NCBI GenBank assembly: GCA_964035545.1 | Contig: OZ037765.1 | Coordinates: 15,500,995-15,564,994, forward strand | Length of the DNA stretch: 64,000 nt | Direction: 5' to 3' | Source of the DNA: Bugula neritina | Lineage: Eukaryota; Animalia; Bryozoa | Shown here: piece after piece, positions 32,401 through 44,900 of the stretch | How positions within the stretch are numbered: position 1 is the stretch's first letter | Layout of the letters: the number at the start of each line of letters is the position of its first letter | Notes under the pieces: generated by a model | What the model saw: only the letters and a program-made list of their open reading frames with translations | Databases searched by the model: none | Told to the model about the DNA's origin: nothing | Made by a program: the position numbers and the translations under genes

Positions 32401-35400
32401 AACACACTGAAGCATACTGTAATATACAGAAATGTACTGTAAAATACTAAAACATACGACAACCTGCTGAAATATACTGCTACATACTGAAATACACTGC
32501 AACATACTGCAACATACTGACATACACTGGAACATATTGAAATACACTGCAACACATTGAAATATACTGCAAGATACTGAAATATATGGTAAACTACTGA
32601 AATATACTGTAACACATTGAAGCATACTGTATTATGCAGAAATGTACTGTAAAATACTTAAACATACGACAACCTACTAAAATATACTGCAACATACTGA
32701 ATTACACTGCAACATACTGAAATATACTTCAACATACTGAAATATACCTAAAAATATCTAAACATACAGAAACACACTATAGGATATTGAAACACACTGC
32801 AACACTTTGGAATATACTGCAACATAGCGAAATATATGGTAACCTACCGAAATGTGTTGCAAACTACTGAAATATACTGCAACATACTGCAACATAATGA
32901 AATATACTATAACACACTGAAATAAACTGCAAAATACTGAAATATACTGTAGCATGCTGAAACATACTACAACAAACTGAAATATACTGCAACATACCAA
33001 AATATACTGCAAGGTACTGCAACATACTGAAATACACTGTAACATACTGAAACACACTGCAACATACTGAAATACACTGCAATACAATGAAATAAACTCC
33101 AACTCACTGAAACATACGGCAACATACTGAAGTATATTGGGACACATTGAAATATACTGCTACATACTGAAATATAATGCAAGATACTGCGCCATACTGA
33201 AATACACTGTAACATATTGAAATACACTGCAACACATTGAAATATACTGCAACACACTGAAACATACGGCAACATACTGAAATATACTGCGACACATTGA
33301 AATATACTGCAACATACTGAAATATGCTGTAGCATACTGAAATACACTGCAACACACTGAAGTATACTGTAATATACAGAAATATACTTTAACATACTGA
33401 AACATTTGTCAACATACTGAAATGTTCTGCAATATGCTGAAATATATTGCAACATACTGAACTACACTGTAACATACTCAATTACACCGCAACATACTGC
33501 GACATACTGAAATATGCTCTAACATACTGAAATACACTGTGACATACTGAAATACACTGCAACATACCGCAACATACTGCAACATACTAAAATACACTGC
33601 AACACATTGAAATAAACTCCAACTCACTTAAACATACGGCAACATACTGAAATATACTCGGACACATTGAAATATACTGCAACATACTGAAATATAAAGC
33701 AAGATACTGCAACATACTGAAATACACTGTAACATATTGAAATGCACTGCAACACATTGAAATATACTGCAACATACTGAAATACGCTGTAACATACTGA
33801 AATACACTGCAACATACTACAACATACTGAAATACACTGTAACCGATGAAAATACCCTGCAACATACCGAAATATACAGTAAGCTACTGAAATATGTTGC
33901 AAACTACTGAAATATACTTCAACATGCTGCAACATAATGAAATATACTATACCACACTGAAATAAACTGCAAAATACTGAAATATACTGTAACATACTGA
34001 AATATACTGCAACATACTGAAATACACTGCAAGATACTGCAACATACTGAAATATGCTGTAACATACTAAAATACACTGCAACATACTGCAACATACTGA
34101 CATACACTGGAGTATATTGAAGTACACTGCAACACATTGAAATATACTGCAACACACTGAAACATACGGCAACATTCTGAAATATCTTGCGACACATTGA
34201 AATATATTGCAGCATACTGAAATATGCTGTAGCATACTGAAATACACTGCAACACACTGAAGTATACTGTAATATACGGAAACGTACTGTAACATACTGA
34301 AACATACGTCAACATACTGAAATGTACTGCAACATACTGAATTACACTGCAACATATTGAAATACACTGCAACGTACTGCAACATAATGAAATATACTAT
34401 AACACACTGAATTAAACTGCAAAATACTGAAATCTACTGTAACATACTGAAACCTACTGCAACATGCTAAAATATACTGCAACATACTGAAATATCCTGC
34501 AAGATACTGCAACATACTGAAATACACTGTAACATACTGAAAAACATTGCAACATACTGCAACATACTGACATACATTGGAACATATTGAAATACACTGC
34601 AACACATTGAAATGTACTGCAACACATTGAAACATACGGCAACATACTGAAACATACTGCAACACATTGAGATATACTGCAACATACTGAATTATGCTGT
34701 AGCATACAGAAATACACTGCAACACACTGAAGTATACTGTATTATACAGAAATGTACTGTAACATACTGAAACATACGGCAACATACTGAAATGTACTGC
34801 AACTTTCTGAAATTTACCTCAACAAACCGAAATATATGTTAACATAGTGAAATAGGTTGCAAACTACTAAAATATACCGCAACATATCGAAAAATACTGC
34901 AAATGTGCAACATAATGAAATATACTGCAACAACTTAAAAGTTACTGTATGATACATAAATATACTCAAACATACTGAAACATGCTGCAACATATTTAAA
35001 TATACCGGAACATAGTGAAATATACCTAAAAATGTTGAAAGATACTGAAGCACACTGTAGGATATTGAAATACACTGCAACACTTTGGAATACACTGCAA
35101 CATACCGAAATAAATGGTAACCTACTGAAATATGTTGGAAACTACTGAAACATACTGCAACATTTTGCAACATAATGAAATATACTATAACACACTGAAT
35201 TAAACTGCATAATAATGAAATATACTGTAACATACTGAAACCTACTGCAACATGCTGAAATATACTGCAACATACTGAAATATACTGCAAGATATTGCAA
35301 CATACTGAAATACACTGTAACATATTGAAATACACTTCAACACGTTGAAACATACTGCAACACACTGAAACATCTGGCAACACACTCACATATGCAGCGA

Positions 35401-36250
35401 CACATTGAAATATACTGCAACATACTGAAATATGCTGTAGCATAATGAAATACACTGTAACACACTGATGTATACTGTAATATAGAGAAACATACTGTAA
35501 CACACTGAAACACACGTCAACATACTGAAATGTACTGCAACATACTGAAATATACTGCAACATACTGAAACCTATTGCAACATACTGAAATATACTGCAA
35601 CATACTGAAATATACTGAAATACACTGCAACACACTGAAGTATACTGTAATATACAGAAATGTACTGTAACATACTGAAACATAGGTCAACATACTGAAA
35701 TGTACTGCAACATGCTCAAATATACTGCAACATACTGAAACCTATTGCAACATACTGAAATATACTGCAACATACTGAAATATACTGCAAGATACTGCAA
35801 CATACTGAAATACACTGTAACATCCCTAAATATACTTCAACATACTGAAATATACCTAAAAATATTGAAACATACTGAAACACACTGTAGGATATGGAAA
35901 TACACTGCAACACTTTGGAATATACTGCAACATACCAAAATGAATAGTAACCTACTGAAATATACTGCGACACATTGAAATATACTGCAACATACTGAAA
36001 TATGCTGTAGCATACTGAAATACACTGCAACACACTGGAGTAAACTGTAATATACAGAAAAGTACTGTGGCATACTGAAATACACTGCAACACACTGGAG
36101 TAAACTGTAAAATACAGAAATGTACTGTAACATACTGAAACATACGTCAACATACCTAAATGTACTGCAACATGCTGAATTACGCTGCAACATACTACAA
36201 CATACTGAAATACGCTGTAATATTTTGAAATACACTGCAACATACTACAG

Positions 36251-36936
36251 CACAGGATAGTTAAGGGCATCCTCACTAGGAATATCATAAATTTCTTTCA
36301 AAATGTAGTTCAGGTTCTTGAGTAATATTGCTCCGCGGGTGGCATGCGTGTTGCCTACTCGCATATGTTCAGCCTAAGATTAAACTACAGCCAATGAGCA
36401 GCAACCTTCATTAGGGCTGCGTTATCTATCAACATTCCATTGTACATAAAAATAAACAAAGTACAAAGCAAGCTATTCATTATAGCCTGCCAGCTAGCAA
36501 GCGCGGCTAGTTTCCTATGAAAAAATATGGCATTTCCAGTGTATAAATCACCAATTTATGGGCAATCTAGCAGAGTTATTGGAAAATGAAAAAAATTTGC
36601 ACTGGAGAAATATCTCAGGATTCCAGCAGTGCAATTTTTATTCAGATATCATCTTTTGCTGCTGAGATATTTTATTGGTACTGAAAAGTCAGCTTTTCTG
36701 GCAAAATTGGCCAAAACTGGGCAGTTTTTTGTCCATAACTTTGCAAAAAAGATGAAAATTGAAATTTCCAAAAAAGTTGCACTGGGGAAAAACAAGATCT
36801 ACAACATAGTTTTTAAATTTCGACTCTAGCACAATTAGGTGAGATTTTATTTTACTGGTACTGAATTCTTATATGATTACAATGCAAACCTCAGCAAGGC
36901 AGTTGCAGCTAAAAGGTTGCCCTCAACTATCCTGTG
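36251..36936. mobile_element. Same MITE, 686 bp, opposite orientation, ~70-bp internal deletion
   Basis: Starts CACAGGATAGTTAAGGGCATCCT and ends AGGTTGCCCTCAACTATCCTGTG. The interior is the reverse complement of 23535-24290. Flanks AG/AA fit a mutated AA TSD (empty site near 32021). Confidence 0.92.
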
Positions 36937-37450
36937 AACATACTGAAATACACTGTAACAGATTGAAATACACTGCAACACATTGAAATATACTGCAACC
37001 TACTGAAATATATGGTAAACTACTGAAATAAACTGTAACACATTGAAACATCCCGCAATATACTGAAATACACTGCAACACACTGAAGCATACTGTAATA
37101 TACAGAAATGTACTGTAAAATACTGAACCATACGACAACCTACTAAAATATACTGCAACATACTGAATTACACTGCAACATACTGAAATATACTTCAACA
37201 TACTGAAATATACCTAAAAATATTGAAACATACTGAAACACACTGTAGGATATTGAAATACACTGCAACACTTTGGAATATAATGCAACATACCGAAATA
37301 TATGGTAACCTACCAAAATATATTGCAAACTACTGAAATATACTGCAACATACTGCAACATTATGAAATATACTATAACACACTGAAATAAACTGCGACA
37401 CATTGAACTATACTGCAACATAGTGAAATATAATGCAAGATACTGCAACA

Positions 37451-40400
37451 TACTGAAATACACTCGACATACTTAAATACACTGTAACATACTAAAATAC
37501 ACTGAAATATACTGAAATATATGGCAACATACCTAAATATCCTGTAACAATCTGAAGTATACTGTGACATACTGAAGTCTTTTGTAGCACACTAAAATAT
37601 ACTGCAACATACTGAAATGTGCTGTTACATACTGAGACACACTGTAACATACTGAAGTACACCGTAACATACTCAAGTAAACCGTAAACTACTGAGGTAT
37701 ACGGCAACATACTGTAACATACATCAACAGACTGAAATATACATCAACAGACTGACATATACTGCAATATACTGAAAAATGCTGTAACATATTGAAATAT
37801 GCTGTAACATACTGAAATAAACCGCAACATACTGAAATACACTGCAACATACTGAAATTAACTGCAACATACCAAAGTATATAGTGACATACTGAAATAT
37901 ACTTATACACAATCAAATATAGTGTAACATTTTAAAACAAACTGCAACACACTGAAATATACTGCAACATACTGACATGTACTGCTACATACCAAATAAT
38001 ACTGAAACATACTGGAATATATTGCAAAATACCTAAATATACTGTAACATACTGAAGTATACTGTAAAACACTGAAACATACTGTAACACACTGAAATAT
38101 ACTGCGAAATAGAAATATGCAGCAACATACTCAAACATACTGGAACATACTGAAGTACACTAGAACATACTGAAACACACTGCAACAAACTGAAATGTAC
38201 TGCAACATACCAAAATAAAAAGTGACATACCGAAATACACTGTAACAAACTCAATTGAACCTTATACTTTGGAAATATACCGTAACATACTGAAATACAC
38301 TGTAACATACCGAAATATACTGTAACCTACTGAAATGCACTGCAACATACTTGAATACACTGTGACATACTCATACTGACGTCTTTCGTAACACACTAAA
38401 ATATCCAGCAACATACTGAATTGTGCTGTTACATACTGTAACACACTGTAACATACTGAAGTACACTGTGACATACTCAATTAAATCGTAAACTCGTGAA
38501 ATATACGGCAAACATACTGCAACATACCGAAACAGACTGAAATAAACTGCAACCGACCGACATATACTGCAATATACTGAAAGACGCTGTAACATACTGA
38601 AATATGCTGTAACATAGTGAAATACACTGCAACATACTGAATTACACTGCAACATACTGAAGTACACTGTAACATACTGAAATTTACTGCAACACACTAA
38701 AATATATAGTGATATACTGAAATATACTTGAACACAATCAATATACTGTAACGTTTAAAAACATACTGCAAAACAAAGAAATATACTGTAACATGCTGAA
38801 ATATACTTATACACAATGAATTATACTGTAACACTTAAAAATATACTGCAACACACTGAAATATACTGCAACATACTGACATGTACTGCTACATACCAAG
38901 TAATACTGAAACATACTGGAATATATTGCAAGATACCTAATCATACTGTAACATTCTGAAGTATACTGTAAAACACTGAAACATACTGTAACACACTGAA
39001 ATATACTGCAAAATGAAAATATGCAGCAACACACTCAAATATACTGGAACAAACTGAAATATACCGGAACATACTGAAATACACCTCAACATACTGAAAC
39101 ACACTGCAACAAACTGAAATGTACTGCAGCATACCACAATATAACATGAAATACTGAAATATACTGATACAGAATCAAATATACTGTAATATTTGGGAAC
39201 ATACTTTAACATACTGGAATATACTGAAATATACTCTAACACACTGATATGTACTGCAATATACTTTTATATGCTGTAGCATACTGAAATATGCTGTAAC
39301 ATGCCTAAATACACTGCAACACACTGAAACACACTGCAATATACCTAAATACACTGTAACATACTCAAATAAACCGAAAACGACTCAAATACACGGTAGC
39401 ATACTGAAATACACTAAAATATACTGAAATAGATTGCAACATACTTAGATATACTGAAACACACGGAGATAAACTGTAACACGCTGAAATATACTGCAAT
39501 ATACTAAAAAATGCTGCACATAGTGAAATATACTGAAATATACTGAAACATACTGAAACATACTGATATACACTGTAAATTCTGAAATAAACTGTTATAC
39601 ACTGAAATATAGTGCAACATGCTGAAATATACTGCAACATACTGAAATATATTGAAATATAGAAATATGCAGCAACACACTCAAATATACTGGAACATAC
39701 TGAAATATGCTGGAATATACTGAAATACACCTCAACATTCTGAAACACACTGCAACAAACTGAAATGTACTGCAACATACCAGAGTATAACGTGAAATAC
39801 TGAAATATATTGATATAGAATCAAATATACCGTAACACCCTGAAATATACTACAACATACTTAAATAAACTGAAATATTCTGAAATATGCTGTAACACAC
39901 TGAAATATACTGAAAAATACTGAGACATCCTGTAACATGCTGATATATACTGTAAATACGGAAATAAACTGTAACACTCTGAAATATACTACAACATACT
40001 GAAATAAACTGAAATATTCTGAAATATGCTGTAACACACTGAAATATACTGAAAAATACTGAGACATACTGTAACATGCTGATATATACTGTAAAAACTG
40101 AAATAAACTGTTACACAATGAAATATAGTGTAACCTGCTAAAATATACCGTAACATATCGAAATATACTGCAACATGCTGAAACACACTGCACAATACAT
40201 AAATACACTGTAACATACTGAAATACACTGAAATATACTGAAATATCTTGCAACATACCTAAATATACTGTAACACACTAAAGTATACTGTAACATACTG
40301 AAGTTTTTTGTAACACACTAAAATATACTGCAACATACTGAATTGTGCTGTTACATACTGAAACAAACTGTAACATACTGAATTACACTGTAACATACTC

Positions 40401-41599
40401 AATTAAACTGTAAACTACTGAGATATATGCCAACATACTGTAATATACTGAAACAGACTGAAATATACTGCAATTGACTGAAATATACTGCAACATTTTG
40501 AAATACACTGCAATAAACTGAAATGTACTGCAACATACCAAAATACAACGTGAAATACTGAAATATAGTGATACAGAACCAAACATACTGTAACATTTAG
40601 GAACTTACTGTAACATACTGAAATACACTAAAATATACTGAAATAGATTGCAACATACCTAAAAATACTGTAACACACTGAAGTATACTGTAAAACGCTG
40701 AAATATATTGCAATATACTGAAATATGCTGTAACAAAGTGAAATATACTGGAACATACTGAAACATACTGTAACATACTTATATATACTGTAAATTCTGA
40801 AATAAACTGTTACACACTGAAATATAGTTCAACATGCTGAAATATACTGCAACATACTGAAATACACCGCAACATACTGAAATTTACTGCAACATATCAA
40901 AATATATAGTGACATACTGAATTACACTGTAACAAAGTCAATTGAACTTTAGACTTTGGAAATATACTGTAACATATTGAAATATACTGTAACATACCGA
41001 AATATACTGTAACATACTGAAGCACTGCAACAAACTTAAATACACTGTAACATACTATAATACACTGAAATATACTGAAATATATTGCAACATACCTAGA
41101 TATCCTGTAACACACTGAAGTATACTGTAGGTTACTGAAATCTTTTGTAACACACTAAAATAGACTGCAACATATTGAAATGTGCTGTTACACACTGAAA
41201 CAAATTGTAACATACTAAATTACACCGTAACATACTCAAGTAAACCGTAAACTACTGAAACATACGGCAACAGACTGACATATACTGCAATATACTGAAA
41301 GATGCTGTAACATACTGAAATATGCTGAAATATAGTGAAATAGATTGCAACATACCTAAATATACTGTAACACACTGAAGTAAACTGTAACAGGCAGAAA
41401 TATACTGCAATATTCTGAAATATGCTGTAACATACTGATATAGACTGTTAATTCTGAAATAAACTGTTCCACACTGAAATATAGTGTAACATTCTGAAAT
41501 ATACTGCAACATACTGAAATATAGTGTAACATGCTGAAATATACTACTACACAGTGACAAATACTAAAACATACTGGAATATATCGCAACATACCTGAA
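37451..41599. repeat. Diverged layer of the same 10-bp satellite
   Basis: Same core and strand, with more substitutions and frequent register shifts. Local ~139-bp tandem duplication at ~39840-40100. Confidence 0.9.
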
Positions 41600-41915
41600 C
41601 AAAGGATAGTTAAGGGCATCCTCACTAAGAAAATCATAAATTTCTCTCAAAATGTAGTTTAGGTTCTTGAATAATTTTGCTCTGCGGGTGGCATGCGTGT
41701 TGCCTACTTGCAATTGTTTAGCCTAAGATCAATCTACAACCAATAAGCGGCAACCTTCATTAGGGCTGCGTTATCTATCAACATTCCATTGTAGGTTGTA
41801 AATAAACAAAGTACAAATCAAGCTATTCATTATAGCCTGCCAGCTAGCAAGCCTGTAAATAGCATGTTTGCGCCAATATATTCTCATCCCTACGTGCTCA
41901 TTGAAGCGTGAAGTG
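41600..41915. mobile_element. Truncated copy of the CACAGG MITE (one TIR, 316 bp)
   Basis: Starts CAAAGGATAGTTAAGGGCATCCT after AA and is collinear with the other copies up to ...GAAGCGTGAAGTG, after which satellite resumes. Confidence 0.9.
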
Positions 41916-44900
41916 AACTGAAATATACCTTAACATACTGAAATATACTCTGTAACATGCCGAATTATACTGTGACATAGTGAAATATACTGTACCATAC
42001 TGGAATATATTGCAGCATAGTGAAATATAGTGAAACACAATGAAATATACTGAAACATACTGATATATACTGTAGCATTCTAATATATACTCTGACATAC
42101 TGAAAAATACTGCAACACACTGAAATATATTGCAACATATTGAAATACACTGTACATACTGTACAACATGCTGAAATATACTGCAACAAACTGAAAGATA
42201 CTGCAACATATTGAAATATACGGTAACATACTGAAATATTGTGAAATATACTGTAACATACCAATATATACTGTAACATACTAAAACATAGTGAAACATG
42301 ATGAAATATACTGAAACATACTTACATATACTGTAACATACTGAGGTATACTGTGACACACTGAAAAATACGGCAACATACTGAAATACACTGTAACATA
42401 CTGAAAAAAGCTGTAACATATTGAAATATATTGTAACATACTGAAAGATACTGTACCAAACTGAAAAATACTGTAACATACTGAGATATAGCGTAACTTA
42501 CTGAAATATAATTAAATATACTGTAACATACTGAAATATAAGGTAACATACTTAAATATACTGTGACATATTGAAATATACTAGAACATGGTCAAGTATA
42601 CTGTGACATACTGAAATATACCGTAACTTACTGAAATATACTGTAACTTACTGAAATATACTGTAAGATACTAATATACACTATAACACACTGAAATAAA
42701 CTGAAACCAACTGAAATATGCCGTAAAATATTGAAATATACTTAAACATACTTACATATACTGTAACATACTGAAGTATACTGTGACATACTGAAATACA
42801 CTGTAACATACTGAAATAAACTGTAAGTTTATGAAATATATTGTAACATACTGAAAAAAACTGTACCAAACTGAAATATACTGTAACATACTTAAACGTA
42901 CTGTAACATACTGATATATGCTGTAACATACTGAGAGATATTGAAATATAGTGAAACATAATGAAATATGCTGTAACATACTGATATATACTGTAACATA
43001 TTGAAAAATACTGCAACATGTGGAATTATACTGTAACATACTGAAATATACGGTAACATACTGAAGTATACTGCAACATACTGAAATATAGCGTAGCTTA
43101 CTGAAATATACTTAAATATACTGTAACGTACTTAAACGTTCTGCAACATACTGATATATAATGTGTTCACTGAAATATGCTGCAAGATACTGAAATATAA
43201 TGAAACACAATGAAATATGCTGTACATACTGAAATATACTGTAACATACTGATATTTAGTGCAACAGAGTGTAATATACAGAAACATACTTAAAAATACT
43301 GTAACATACTGAGATATAGCATAGCTTACTGAAATATACTTAAATATACTGTTACATACTGAAATATAAGGTAACATACTTAAATATACTGCGACATATG
43401 GAAATATACTAGAACATGGTCAAAAATACTGTGACATACTGAAATATACAGTAATTTACTGAAATATACTGTAACATACTGATATACACTATAACACAGT
43501 GAAATAAACTGAAACAAACTGAAATATGCCATAAAATACTGAAATATACTGAAACATACTTACATATACTGTAACATACTGAAGTATACTGTGACACACT
43601 GAGATACATTGTAACATACTGAATTAAACTGTAAGTTATTGAAATATATTGTAACATATTGAAATATGCTGTAACATACTGATATATACTGTAACATATT
43701 GAAAAATACTGCAACATACTGAAATATACTGCAGCATACTGAAAGATGCTGTACATACTGAAATACAGTGCAGGATATTGAAATATACTGCAACACACTG
43801 AAATGTATTGCAACATATTCAAATATGCTGTACATGCTGAAATATACTGTAACATTCTGAAATTTATTTTTAACATGCGGAATTATACTGTAACATACTG
43901 AAATAAACGGTAACATACTGAAATATACTACAACATACTGAAATATAGCGTAGCTTACTAAAATATACTTAAATATACTGTAACGTACTTAAACGTCCTG
44001 TAACATACTGATGTATACTTAACATACTGAAATATGCTGCAAGATACTGAAATATAGTGAAACACAATGAAATATGCTGTACATACTGAAATATACTGTA
44101 ACATACTGATTTATAGTGTAACATAGTGTAATATACAAAAACATACTTAAAAATACTGTAACATACTGAGGTGTACTGTGACATACTGAAATATACTGTA
44201 ACATACTGAAATACTTTGTAACATACTGAAATAAACTGTAACATATTGAAATATGTTTTAACATACTGAATTATATACTGTAACATACTGAAACATACTG
44301 TACATACTCAAATATACTGTAACATACTGAAAAGTACTACAAGATACTGAAATATAGTGAAACATAATGAAATATGCTGTAACATACTGATACTTACTGT
44401 AACACATTGACATAAACTGAAACAAACTGAAATATGCTGTAAAATACTGAAATATACTGCAACATCCTGTAATATACTGCAAGATACTGAAATATACTGC
44501 TACATACTGAAAGATACTGCATATTACTGTAATATACTGCAACATACCGAAATATACTGCAACATACTGAAATACACTACAACAAACCAAAATATACCTC
44601 AACAGGCTGAAATAAACTTGAACACACTGAAATATCCTGTAACAATTTGACATATACTGTAATATACAGAAATATACTGCAACATACTGAAGTATAGCGT
44701 AGCTTACTAAAATATACTTAAATATACTGTAATGTACTTAAACGTCCTGTAACATACTGATGTATACTGTAACATACTGAAATATGCTGCAAGATACTGA
44801 AATATAGTGAAACACAATGAAATATGCTGTACATACTGAAATATACTGTAACATACTGATTTATAGTGTAACATAGTGTAATATTCAAAAACATACTTAA

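Larger units (their letters stand above)
1..37450. repeat. Homogeneous 10/20-bp satellite array (AACATACTGA-AATATACTGC), interrupted by two MITE insertions
   Basis: Strict 10-bp register visible in almost every line. Units ending TGA are usually followed by AAT, and units ending TGC/TGT by AAC. Register shifts only at rare 9- or 11-bp variant units. The array continues beyond the left edge. The right boundary is approximate. Confidence 0.98.

Noticed and set aside
36851-36866. TACTGAA shared between the MITE motif and the satellite as evidence that the satellite arose from the MITE
   Set aside because: A 7-bp AT-rich match is expected by chance and there is no tandem 10-mer inside the MITE.
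1-37450. Telomeric repeat
   Set aside because: No G-runs, and the heterogeneous monomers with kb-scale HORs do not fit telomerase synthesis.
41600-41917. Copy 3 as a complete short element ending GTG with an AA TSD
   Set aside because: There is no right TIR beyond GTG and the flanks do not rejoin into a clean satellite unit, so deletion is the simpler explanation.
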